The notes beneath the pieces are model-generated. The model did not search any database and was not told the origin of the DNA. It worked only from the letters and a program-made list of their open reading frames with translations. From NCBI GenBank assembly GCA_017937705.1, contig JAGBDC010000024.1, forward strand, positions 11,079 through 75,078: DNA of 64,000 nucleotides, read 5' to 3'. Shown here piece by piece: positions 25,916 to 35,048 of this stretch; within the stretch, counting starts at the first letter, position 1; each line of letters opens with the position of its first letter. The stretch is from Alphaproteobacteria bacterium. GTDB taxonomy: Bacteria > Pseudomonadota > Alphaproteobacteria > RF32 > CAG-239. The position numbers and the translations under genes are program-made.

Positions 25916-27475
25916 ATGATAAAGATTAAGTCTATTAGTTTGGGTTTTGCGTGTTCGTTATTGGTTTCAACATCTGCATTTGCAGGATTACCGACAGTTG
26001 ACTTTGGTAATATTGCGGGTACTGTTGGTATTGTTACGCAAGGTTCAACAAGTATTCAGCAAGGTATCAGTGTTATCACAAATGGAGCAGATTTAAATTC
26101 CATAATCGGAGATTCGGCCGGTTCTCTGGGAAAGTTTCTTAAGGGAGCTATGGATGCTATGGGGGGCGATGGTGAAGGAGGGTTATCTTTTCAGGATGCT
26201 CTCAAGCGTATAAATGATGGTGTTAGCTCCTTTAATAAGGCTAAAGAGGAAGTAAAAAAGAAAAAAGAAGAATATCAAGCTCTGATGGATACGGTCAGCA
26301 CAAAAAGAGGAACGTCTGAAGAGGCTTACGATGATGGCGAAACAGCCGGAGCGGAATATGGAGCTGAGGAGTATTATGGTAACTATCCTGAAGCAGACTA
26401 TGACGTTAACAATATTTCCACCCAACAAATTGTTAACAAAGGAGCGATGTTAGCTGAAGACGGAGCCTTTGAGCCTTTAGCTCCGATGATGCAGGCTCCT
26501 GTTGCTCTTGAAAAAGAGCCTTCGGGAGGAAAGATGCTTGCTGAACCTCAAATGGATGTCCAAAAAAAGAAACTTAACGGTCAAGAAGCAGCGATTGCCC
26601 CTATGGCTGTGGCAACTGAAGGTATGGCAGCAGAGGAAGTTGCTGAAGTTAAAGCCGAAAATAAAACGATATTGCCAACTAATAGTCTAAAAAGACGAGC
26701 TTTTGAAAAAGCGGCTCCTATAGGAGAAGGTGCTGCTGTTCAAGCTGTCAAACCGGCAATAGAAAAACCGGAGCTTAAAAAAACGTTGCCGACAAAAGCT
26801 GAGTTAACAGATGCAGTGGTTGCAAATACACCGGCTGTTGCTCCTAAAGTTGAAGCTCCTGCTGTTGTTCAGCCTGCTGTTCAGGGAAAGTTCAGGGTTT
26901 CTCCAAAAGCTTCATCGTTGAAAATGGATAAGCTCTCAAATAATACAAAAAAATTCTCTACTCGTTTGATGTTTGCTGCTAAGAAGAACAGCAATACAAA
27001 AGGAGCTAATACAGATGCGTATGGTAATTTTATTAGCGCACTACCTAAGAGATGTGGAGTTAGTATTGATGATTTGAGTGATGAAAAAAAATTAAAAGAA
27101 TGTCTTGATAAGGTAATAACCGAAAATAATGCTTCAAACCAATTTGATGCAGCTCTTAGTCGTAAGCAATGTCGAAGAATGGTTTATGATACCGTTGTTG
27201 CACTTATGGCAGAAGCATCTTTGGCAAAACTGGAAGCTTCTTCATATGTGGATACCTTAGAAGATCAGGAGAAAAAGATCGGTAATAGTAATAACACCAG
27301 AGACGATTCTGCTGCATTGGCGATGAGTAATGAGCAGATGCAAAAGTTGATTAATAAAATATCATTACTTACATCCTCTCAAATATTGTTGGATACAGTT
27401 ACTCAGTTGTGCTCAATGCAAGATGATGTTGTTGAAGATAATTCGGATAGTGGCGATAACGATGGAGAAGAATAA
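25916..27475 (+). CDS. secreted T4SS-associated protein, no TM segments; VirB5/TrbJ-like N-terminal motif (tentative)
   Basis: 519 aa. The signal peptide is followed by AGLPTVDFGNIAGTVGIVTQGSTSIQQGI, which is reminiscent of the IPVxD...Q start of mature TrbJ/VirB5. An acidic, Ala/Pro-rich middle and a helical C-terminus follow. Confidence 0.4.
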   Translation: MIKIKSISLGFACSLLVSTSAFAGLPTVDFGNIAGTVGIVTQGSTSIQQGISVITNGADLNSIIGDSAGSLGKFLKGAMDAMGGDGEGGLSFQDALKRINDGVSSFNKAKEEVKKKKEEYQALMDTVSTKRGTSEEAYDDGETAGAEYGAEEYYGNYPEADYDVNNISTQQIVNKGAMLAEDGAFEPLAPMMQAPVALEKEPSGGKMLAEPQMDVQKKKLNGQEAAIAPMAVATEGMAAEEVAEVKAENKTILPTNSLKRRAFEKAAPIGEGAAVQAVKPAIEKPELKKTLPTKAELTDAVVANTPAVAPKVEAPAVVQPAVQGKFRVSPKASSLKMDKLSNNTKKFSTRLMFAAKKNSNTKGANTDAYGNFISALPKRCGVSIDDLSDEKKLKECLDKVITENNASNQFDAALSRKQCRRMVYDTVVALMAEASLAKLEASSYVDTLEDQEKKIGNSNNTRDDSAALAMSNEQMQKLINKISLLTSSQILLDTVTQLCSMQDDVVEDNSDSGDNDGEE

Positions 27476-28119
27476 TGAAAAAAACATTGTTAATTTTTGT
27501 CGTGTGTCTAGGAGTGCTGTTTGCTAAGCTTTCCTACGCCGATTTTGAGGCTGTTGAAACTACTCTTACGGTATTAGAGAAAGGTCAAAAGAAGGCTGAG
27601 GTTATTCAAGAAAAGACTAAGATGATAGAGTCTGCTTATAATTCTCTCCGTCAAGGGGATTTAGGGCCATTAGCTGATTTGGCAAATGAATATAAGATAG
27701 AAAAAGTCAATGTTTTGCAGTTTAACAAATTAGCCGGAATAACAAAGCTAGGAGATATGCAAAGTGCTATTGAGACCGAAACTATTCCTAATTATACTAA
27801 CAAAAACCAAATAGAAACCTATAACGAAGCACAAGAAATTAACGATGCTATTTTAAGAGAGGATTTGGCAAGATTGTATGCCTTTGCCTTTACTCTTCGA
27901 ACAGATATGGCGAGGGAAAACAAGGAAAGGGATGATGAAGCTAAGCAAACAGATAATGCCAGAGAAATGCTTCAGTTGGCTAATGAAGAGGCAACGGAGA
28001 GTTCTAAAAGAATAAATCGTATTGTAGATATGATAAGTTCAAGGTACGAGATAAATTTAAGAATAGTATTAAAAACATTGAGTATTGATGTTGAAGATGA
28101 AGAAGGAGATGCGGAATGA
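27475..28119 (+). CDS. secreted helical protein of VirB5-like size (tentative)
   Basis: 214 aa with a signal peptide (LFAKLSYA|D) and a predicted all-helical body. The start overlaps the upstream stop (TAATG). Confidence 0.35.
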   Translation: MKKTLLIFVVCLGVLFAKLSYADFEAVETTLTVLEKGQKKAEVIQEKTKMIESAYNSLRQGDLGPLADLANEYKIEKVNVLQFNKLAGITKLGDMQSAIETETIPNYTNKNQIETYNEAQEINDAILREDLARLYAFAFTLRTDMARENKERDDEAKQTDNAREMLQLANEEATESSKRINRIVDMISSRYEINLRIVLKTLSIDVEDEEGDAE

Positions 28120-29324
28120 AAAAGTACACGTTAGGAATAATCACTGCATCTGTTATAGCGTCAGCTATGCCTGTTGAAGCTCAAGCTTTTATATTACCTC
28201 CTTTTAAAATTGATTTTAGCACAATTGCTAACAAGGTGTTGTCAACAACAAACACAATTTCTGAAAAGGTCAATGGAGTACAAGAGCAATCAACGGCGAT
28301 TCAAACAATAATTCAATATGGGGAAGGTGCAAAGGAATTATGGGATTTTAATAATTTATTGGATAAGTTGCCAATAAAGCAAACCGCTAGCGCTAAAGAT
28401 TTAAAAGAACTTGAAAAGCAACAAACAGAGGCTAAGGATAAAGAGGCACAAGATGTAGCAAATGCTACTCGTGAAGCCAATGAAAAGATTGCTGGAATAG
28501 ATGAAAATATTAATGAACTTGAACAAGACAGTCTTGAAAATCCCCAAAATGCAAAAGAAAATGTTAAAAAAGCTGAAGAATTAAGAAAAGAGAAGAAAGA
28601 GATAAAAAAAGGCCTAAAGGAAAGAAGAAAAGCAATTAAAAGTGCTACAAAGGAAATAGCAAAGGGATTTAAAGAAAGTAAACAAGCTATAATGAAAGAG
28701 CTAAAGTCCTTAAAGAATTTTATAAAAACCGGAAAAGATTATGACTCTACCGAAGATTTGAAAGGTACTGTTGAAACTCTGTCTCCAAAAGAGGGAACGG
28801 AAATAAATGCTAATATCATTCATGCTTATAGAGAGCTGTATAATATTATGTATTGGAATGATTTTAATACCGTTGTTCTTCGTGGTAACGATATTCGTAC
28901 CGCATTGCAACACGATAATGAAGAAACTGAAGATGTTAAGAAAAAGTCAGTAGAAATGGAAGGGGCAAGTGCATCAAGAGCTGCGTCGACAATTGATTTG
29001 AAAAAAAGAAATATGCAAGCTTTGTTAAATTATACCGAAATGATTCTCCAGCAAATAAAATTGAGTATAGCATACGATTTGGCAAGTAATAAATTTAATC
29101 AAATCAATGCTAATACAGCTATAGGAACATTTAATTTTGATAATTACAAATTCAATCCGGAAGAAGAAAATATAGAAGTAGAGAAAACGGAAGGCAGTGA
29201 GTATGGCGAACATATTGAAATAGCAAAAGATCTTGCCACTCCGTCTGCTGAGGCTATTGCTGATAGTATGGAAAATATTAAACAGTCTGCAGAACAAACA
29301 AATGATGAAGGAGAAAACAAATGA
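28116..29324 (+). CDS. secreted coiled-coil T4SS-associated protein
   Basis: 402 aa. The signal peptide is followed by AFILPPFKIDFSTIANKVLSTTNTISEKVNGVQEQSTAIQ, the same motif class as 25916. The body is a Lys/Glu coiled coil. It has ATGA overlaps on both sides. Confidence 0.4.
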   Translation: MKKYTLGIITASVIASAMPVEAQAFILPPFKIDFSTIANKVLSTTNTISEKVNGVQEQSTAIQTIIQYGEGAKELWDFNNLLDKLPIKQTASAKDLKELEKQQTEAKDKEAQDVANATREANEKIAGIDENINELEQDSLENPQNAKENVKKAEELRKEKKEIKKGLKERRKAIKSATKEIAKGFKESKQAIMKELKSLKNFIKTGKDYDSTEDLKGTVETLSPKEGTEINANIIHAYRELYNIMYWNDFNTVVLRGNDIRTALQHDNEETEDVKKKSVEMEGASASRAASTIDLKKRNMQALLNYTEMILQQIKLSIAYDLASNKFNQINANTAIGTFNFDNYKFNPEEENIEVEKTEGSEYGEHIEIAKDLATPSAEAIADSMENIKQSAEQTNDEGENK

Positions 29325-32300
29325 TGAAGCTGATTAGATTTTTTTCTTTAAGTTTGCTTGTAACCTGTTTGATATGTTCATCAGCAAATGCGCAGTTGAT
29401 TTTTGGTATGTCTCTTGATTTTCCCGGAGAGGCAGGGGGAGCAATTCAAAATGTTCAACAAACTTTGACAACGATTCAAGAAGAGGTTGTTGCTAAAGTA
29501 AAAAAGAATGTTACAAAAATTAAGGCAGGGCTGGAAAAGTATGCCGGTAAAATAAATAAGTTGCTGGGAAAAATTCCAGGCGTTAAAGAATCAGAAAATA
29601 CTGGTTCAGTTGATATTTATGATGCAGAAGCTGTGCAAGCTGCATTTACAGAGTTATTTTTACAATATCCCAGTACCGACCCACGTATAAATACTGCTTA
29701 TGAAAAGAAAGGAGTGAACCTTTACTATGATACTCTGGTTGAAGTAAGAACAGCCATTACCGGCCTAGAGGATCAACTCGCATCTTTACGTTCAGAGGTT
29801 GAACAATTTGGTGAACAGGCTATAAATCCTGATGCCGGAGGAGATGCTGCCGATTCTGAAGATGAAAGTGCCGTTTATTATAATGCATATTTAGCAAATC
29901 GTAAATTTAATGATATTTTGAAAATAACTGAAGAAGTTGTTGCAATGCAAAATCAATACTTTGCAGTTCGCAATCTTCGTCAACCGAGAACGGTTGTTCC
30001 TGCTAGAGCTCCTGAAAATAGTGCGCCTCCTAAAAAAACATCTTCTTCGACAATATCTGTTCATAATCGTTTTGCTTTTGCGCAACAGTTTAAGATGAAA
30101 AATGTTGCTTCAAAGCTCATATCTAAAGCAAAGGATACAAAAGGCGTAAAGGCCACCGCTAAAAAAGCGTTACCGGTTGCAATTACAAACACAAATGCTC
30201 CAAAAGATGATGGTATGTTTGTTACTCATGTAGCTCCTTCTCCTAAATCATTGTTGAGCGGTAGCGAAGAAGAACTTGCATCACTGAATAAAATATCGGA
30301 TATTCAAAAAACTTTAACCGAAGCCATGAATATTCATAATGCTATTCAACACATGCCGTCGTACAGAGATTTGTATAAACAATATGATTTATATAAAAGA
30401 TTGCATGTGAGAGCTGTTGAAGCCGTAGATGCAGCTGATAAATGTGTTTTGCAATACCTCGGGCGCCGATATGAAGAACCGAATACAGTATGGTACGGAC
30501 AAAAGAATGCACCTAAAGATACTTGTGATTATGATAATCGAAAAGGATTATCCGGTTGGACTATTAGCTTATTCCAAGTTACAAATGCTGCTCTAAGTAG
30601 CGGACTGGATGTAGATGCGTTTGGTGAAATGGATATAGATACATCTCAAGCGCCGGCAAGTGCATCGAGTACGGAAATTAATTTGGAAGAAAAAGAAGCA
30701 AATAATGATTCTTCAACATCATCATTTGCTTTTGCTAGTCCGAGTAAAGAAAAAGAATTCTCAGATTCTACACGGCAAATAGAGTTGTTGAATTGGGAAA
30801 TTGGGCGCAAAGCAGCTCAACTATTGGCAGCGGATCAATATTCTGAAAAACCGATTTACGGAAAAGCAAAAAATCCTTATCCGTTATGGAATGATCAAAA
30901 GGCATATTATGACCAATATATTGAAGGTAAGTATGAAAATATAAAAACCTATATCAAATATATAGATGTAAATTCAGTAGCTATTGGTCTTGTTGAACTT
31001 CTAAATAATGGACTCGAAGAAGGCAAAGAAAAACAAAGAAATTCGGAAGCTATCGGTATAATGGAGAAATATATTTCTTCAAATTCCACTACCAATAGTA
31101 AAGCGATGGCTTTGTTATCTCAAAAAACAAAAGAATTATCGAGTATGCAAAGAAAGCACGCCGAAGCTTTGGCTCCTGCGGAAAACAGATTAGTCGATTT
31201 ACAGCAACAGCTTGATGCTTGGACAACATTGATAAATAGTACTAATGAAGAAATTAATATTGTCGATGAAGATACTTTGCAAAACAAAACAAAAATGAAT
31301 TCCTCTTATAATCAAATGGAAATAATGCACCAAAAAAATATGACCACCGGTTCAACTTATGCTTTGGCTAAGCATACAATGGAAGAGGCCGGTAAAGCAT
31401 ATTCTGCAGGCATTGAAAAGTTAGGAAAACTTCGTGTAAATGTTAAGAGATTTGAAAATGCTCGCAATAAAGTCCAAGAGCAAATAAATTTGTTGCAAGA
31501 AGAAATTGATGAGCAAAAACAAGCTCAGCAAGATGAGGTTGCTGAATTTGAACTTGAGTATGAAAATAGATTTGCAGAGTTGCAGAATAGCCTAGGTGAG
31601 GTAGAAGAACTATCTGATTTTTATAAAAAGTTGAAAGCCAAATATAGAAAAGCAGGGCTAAAAAGTTTGGTTAATAAGGTTGATTCCCTTGTAGAAGGAG
31701 CTCGAGATTGTGCTGTTAAAGAGGTGGACGAACATTACCAATCATTAAAAGCTATGTCAGCGGACAATTCTTTATATATGACATATAAAAATCCTGCTGT
31801 TGTACAAAAGCATGTAGCACTTATAAATGATTTGAAAAAATTACCGAAGGATTGTTTGCGTCAAAAAGCTTCTTCTGCAGTTGGGATATTAAATGTTAAT
31901 ACTGAAGATGTAATATCAATAGCAAGATCATTATTCAAATCGGCAATAATGAAATCTATTTGTTCAAATTATGATTGTGAAAAAGCTGATACACAATATT
32001 TTGTCGGTGTTCCGGCAAAACCAAATGATTTTACTGCCCCAAAAGCACCGTTGACCGCAAACTATCCTCCGGTTAGAGATATTGTTCACCTTGATACTAC
32101 TGACTTTAAGAAAATAGAAATGGGTGAAAAAAATAAAGATGAAGAACCAATTTTTGAAAAATTAAGTAAGAAATATGGAAGAATAGGTAGAAGTGCTTTC
32201 TTGAATTATGGTGTCGAAATGCCCTATGTATGGCAATTAATGCTTTCTGATAAGGCTTATGTTGAAAAAGGCATGAATTTATCAGCAGCACTAGAACGAG

Positions 32301-33247
32301 GAGGGGAGGATAAAGCTTTCATGAGAGGAACAATGCTTCCTTGTCGTATAGGACAATACATGGTAGACGTAAAACTGCAAAATGGTAAAAACGTTAAATA
32401 TAGTGTTGTTAATACAAAGAAAGAAGATTCTTCTGAAAACGTTAGGATGTTAAATTCACTTCCTTATTGTAGTGATTTAAGGATGGCAAACACTACTCTG
32501 CTCAGAATAGAAGATATAGACGTTGATAAAAAAATAGACGGAGCATCTGCTGACAGAATAAGTTCTCCTAACCCGAGTGAGTTAGGAATGTTCTTACGTT
32601 ATGTACGTAATAAGTATTTTGAAGGACTATATATAAATTCTCGTCCTATGTATGGGTACTCTATGTTGATAAAGAAAGAGAAAAAAGCTGAAAAAACAGG
32701 TAAATACAAACTTACAGCAGAAGATAATATCTATAATCGTGCTATGTTCACTACTAACCAAATCGGGGAGTTCTTAACTTTCGTTGACAAAGAAACTAAT
32801 ATAAGAAAGAATGTCGATGAAATTGAAGCCGGTATAGAGGAAGTAAAAGAAGAACTCAAAACTCTTTTCGAAGAAATGGGCTTTGATTTGAAAGATAATT
32901 TTAATTTGGCTTTAGATAGCGATTATAATTATATTATCAATAAGCTAAAAGAACGCAAAAATACTTTGATTTCTCAAGCTTCAGAAAAACTGGGAACAGT
33001 TTCCAGGGCAAATCCGACGGTTGTTGAACGCTTTAATAAAGTTGATAATACCAACAAAGCTTTGAAGCAAGATTCCACAGCTTTGATTAGTCTTACTTTC
33101 CGTACAAAATCAGGCAGTACGTTAACTGAAAGCATAAAGAGTGAGAAAGCAAATCAAAAAGTAATTGAAAAATCCAGAAATGAGGGTTATTCTGCTATTG
33201 AGAAAGAAATTAAAAATTACAAGCAGCCAGTCTGCATGTCTTATTAG
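29321..33247 (+). CDS. giant secreted T4SS-associated protein (1308 aa), function unknown
   Basis: The signal peptide (CSSANA|Q) is followed by LIFGMSLDFPGEAGGAIQNVQQTLTTIQEEV, then long coiled-coil stretches. I found no hydrophobic TM segment after the signal peptide. Confidence 0.4.
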   Translation: MMKLIRFFSLSLLVTCLICSSANAQLIFGMSLDFPGEAGGAIQNVQQTLTTIQEEVVAKVKKNVTKIKAGLEKYAGKINKLLGKIPGVKESENTGSVDIYDAEAVQAAFTELFLQYPSTDPRINTAYEKKGVNLYYDTLVEVRTAITGLEDQLASLRSEVEQFGEQAINPDAGGDAADSEDESAVYYNAYLANRKFNDILKITEEVVAMQNQYFAVRNLRQPRTVVPARAPENSAPPKKTSSSTISVHNRFAFAQQFKMKNVASKLISKAKDTKGVKATAKKALPVAITNTNAPKDDGMFVTHVAPSPKSLLSGSEEELASLNKISDIQKTLTEAMNIHNAIQHMPSYRDLYKQYDLYKRLHVRAVEAVDAADKCVLQYLGRRYEEPNTVWYGQKNAPKDTCDYDNRKGLSGWTISLFQVTNAALSSGLDVDAFGEMDIDTSQAPASASSTEINLEEKEANNDSSTSSFAFASPSKEKEFSDSTRQIELLNWEIGRKAAQLLAADQYSEKPIYGKAKNPYPLWNDQKAYYDQYIEGKYENIKTYIKYIDVNSVAIGLVELLNNGLEEGKEKQRNSEAIGIMEKYISSNSTTNSKAMALLSQKTKELSSMQRKHAEALAPAENRLVDLQQQLDAWTTLINSTNEEINIVDEDTLQNKTKMNSSYNQMEIMHQKNMTTGSTYALAKHTMEEAGKAYSAGIEKLGKLRVNVKRFENARNKVQEQINLLQEEIDEQKQAQQDEVAEFELEYENRFAELQNSLGEVEELSDFYKKLKAKYRKAGLKSLVNKVDSLVEGARDCAVKEVDEHYQSLKAMSADNSLYMTYKNPAVVQKHVALINDLKKLPKDCLRQKASSAVGILNVNTEDVISIARSLFKSAIMKSICSNYDCEKADTQYFVGVPAKPNDFTAPKAPLTANYPPVRDIVHLDTTDFKKIEMGEKNKDEEPIFEKLSKKYGRIGRSAFLNYGVEMPYVWQLMLSDKAYVEKGMNLSAALERGGEDKAFMRGTMLPCRIGQYMVDVKLQNGKNVKYSVVNTKKEDSSENVRMLNSLPYCSDLRMANTTLLRIEDIDVDKKIDGASADRISSPNPSELGMFLRYVRNKYFEGLYINSRPMYGYSMLIKKEKKAEKTGKYKLTAEDNIYNRAMFTTNQIGEFLTFVDKETNIRKNVDEIEAGIEEVKEELKTLFEEMGFDLKDNFNLALDSDYNYIINKLKERKNTLISQASEKLGTVSRANPTVVERFNKVDNTNKALKQDSTALISLTFRTKSGSTLTESIKSEKANQKVIEKSRNEGYSAIEKEIKNYKQPVCMSY

Positions 33248-33260
33248 AGAATAACAGGGA

Positions 33261-34019
33261 ATGAGTAAATTAGGAAATATTCTGGAATCTTCAAAAGTTT
33301 TAGCTTTGACCGATAAAAGTGGTAGAACCTACCACTTTTTGGGGCAAGCAGAAAGAGAAAAATATAGTGCAAAGATGTATTACTATATGTGGTTGTCACG
33401 TTTGTTTATTTTTGTGGCAACATTATCTCTTCTTTTGTTTTTGTTTTCATCTTTAGCTCTATTCAAATTAGCTCCGCAAGTTTCGGTAGAGCCGTTTCTT
33501 ATTGTGAATCAAAATTCTACTGAAGAGATGGTAAGATATGAACCGATAGCTATAGATATGGCTTCCAAAGAGCAATTAATGGAAGTTTTTGTTCGTCAAT
33601 ATGTCATATATAGAAACACTATAATAAATGACAGAATAGAGATGATGACACGTTGGTACCCCGGAGGAATGGTGAACTTCTTGTCATCAGATGAAATTTA
33701 TAATGAATTTTACAAATATCAGCAAAAAGTATCAAAATATAACGAAGACAATCAAATAAGTCAGGAAGTTGAGATTATTTCAATCGGAAAAATAGGCGGT
33801 AAAAAGAGTGGTGTATGGAAGGTGGACTTTAAAACATACGAAGTTTCTCAAAGAAACAGAAGTGGGGAAAACGGCTCTTTAATACTTAATGTCAGATACT
33901 GGACAGCCTCTGTTACTCCATATTTTATTCCAAATCGCATGTTTACCGGTCGAAGATTAATAAATCCTTTAGGATTTACTGTTATAAGATATAATCAGAG
34001 TGAGGTGCAATTTAAATAA
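33261..34019 (+). CDS. virB8: T4SS protein VirB8, paralogue a
   Basis: 252 aa and bitopic (TM LFIFVATLSLLLFLFSSLALF). The periplasmic domain has EVFVRQYVIYRNT and the NTF2-like VirB8 pattern (PF04335). Confidence 0.8.
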   Translation: MSKLGNILESSKVLALTDKSGRTYHFLGQAEREKYSAKMYYYMWLSRLFIFVATLSLLLFLFSSLALFKLAPQVSVEPFLIVNQNSTEEMVRYEPIAIDMASKEQLMEVFVRQYVIYRNTIINDRIEMMTRWYPGGMVNFLSSDEIYNEFYKYQQKVSKYNEDNQISQEVEIISIGKIGGKKSGVWKVDFKTYEVSQRNRSGENGSLILNVRYWTASVTPYFIPNRMFTGRRLINPLGFTVIRYNQSEVQFK

Positions 34020-34118
34020 AATTCACCAAAATTCGGTTATGTTAAGAAATATGTTAGACTTTTTTAAAAAAAGAGTTTAGATTCGAAACTAACCACAGTT
34101 AATAAAAGGAATATTCTT

Positions 34119-34307
34119 ATGACTAAAAAGTTGATAATAGTTCTCGTAATAATGTTGCTAACCGGTTGCGGTCTTTTTGGCTCGCTCTATGAGCCGGAGC
34201 CGGTGGAAATAGGTAAAGCTACGGATGAGTTGAAACTTTCACCGTGTGCTTGTTTGCAGGTTGAGTTGCCGAAAACATTACCTGATTGGTTTGTTGAAAC
34301 TATTTAA
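34119..34307 (+). CDS. small lipoprotein in the VirB7 position
   Basis: 62 aa with lipobox LLTGC. It lies between the two virB8 genes and upstream of virB9, as rvhB7 does in Rickettsiales. The assignment rests on position and lipoprotein nature only. Confidence 0.55.
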   Translation: MTKKLIIVLVIMLLTGCGLFGSLYEPEPVEIGKATDELKLSPCACLQVELPKTLPDWFVETI

Positions 34308-34318
34308 GGACTTGAACA

Positions 34319-35047
34319 ATGGCTACTCCTGTCGGAACAAATCGCACAAATCAGCGCTTGTTAGCCGGAAACGGTATGACTGCAAAGTCAAACATGTCTT
34401 CTAAAAATACATTTGTGGCAAATGTTGCCGAAAAGCGCTATTTGTGGACGGCACGTGCGTTTGCAATCATTACAGCAATCAGTTTTTGCTGTAATATTGT
34501 TTTGCTTTTAGCGATTACACAGGTGATTCCGTTGTATCGTGTTGAGCCGTTTTTGTTGACATTTCAAGATAAAGAAGAACAGGTTTATAATATCAAACCG
34601 GTGAATAGGAATTTGGCGGAAGAAAAAGCCATTACCGAAGTTTTTGTTCGTCAATATGTTTTAATGCGCAGCTCTTTTAATCGAGATACCGCAGAGGTAG
34701 AAGCTCGTTGGATGCCCGGTGGTGCAATTCAGGAAATGTCTTCTCCTACAGTGTATGAAGATTTCTTAAAGGGTACGGCAAATAAGGCTTTAGAACTTAT
34801 TCGTACTCGCAGAATGATTCGTGATGTTCGTATTATGACCGTAAATGAGTTGGGGTCCGGCTTATGGCAAGTTGAATATGAAACACGTGATATGTATCCA
34901 GATTCCAGAACTCCGGAAGTAAATTATTGGACGGCTTCATTAAAAATTGCATATCGTTATAAAAGCGTAAAATTCAAAGAACGTTTGAAAAATCCCGTTG
35001 GCTTTACGGTTATAAACTATTCTTTGAGTTATAATAGAGTAAAATAA
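34319..35047 (+). CDS. virB8: T4SS protein VirB8, paralogue b
   Basis: 242 aa. It has a TM helix (AFAIITAISFCCNIVLLLAI) and the motifs EVFVRQYVLMRSSF and WTASLKIAYRY, which parallel paralogue a. Confidence 0.8.
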   Translation: MATPVGTNRTNQRLLAGNGMTAKSNMSSKNTFVANVAEKRYLWTARAFAIITAISFCCNIVLLLAITQVIPLYRVEPFLLTFQDKEEQVYNIKPVNRNLAEEKAITEVFVRQYVLMRSSFNRDTAEVEARWMPGGAIQEMSSPTVYEDFLKGTANKALELIRTRRMIRDVRIMTVNELGSGLWQVEYETRDMYPDSRTPEVNYWTASLKIAYRYKSVKFKERLKNPVGFTVINYSLSYNRVK

Positions 35048-35048
35048 G

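Noticed and set aside
29321-33247. Could the 1308-aa protein be the missing VirB6, given that rvh VirB6-like proteins are large?
   Set aside because: I found no hydrophobic segment long enough for a TM helix after the signal peptide. VirB6/TrbL proteins are polytopic. It is kept as an unknown secreted component pending TM prediction.
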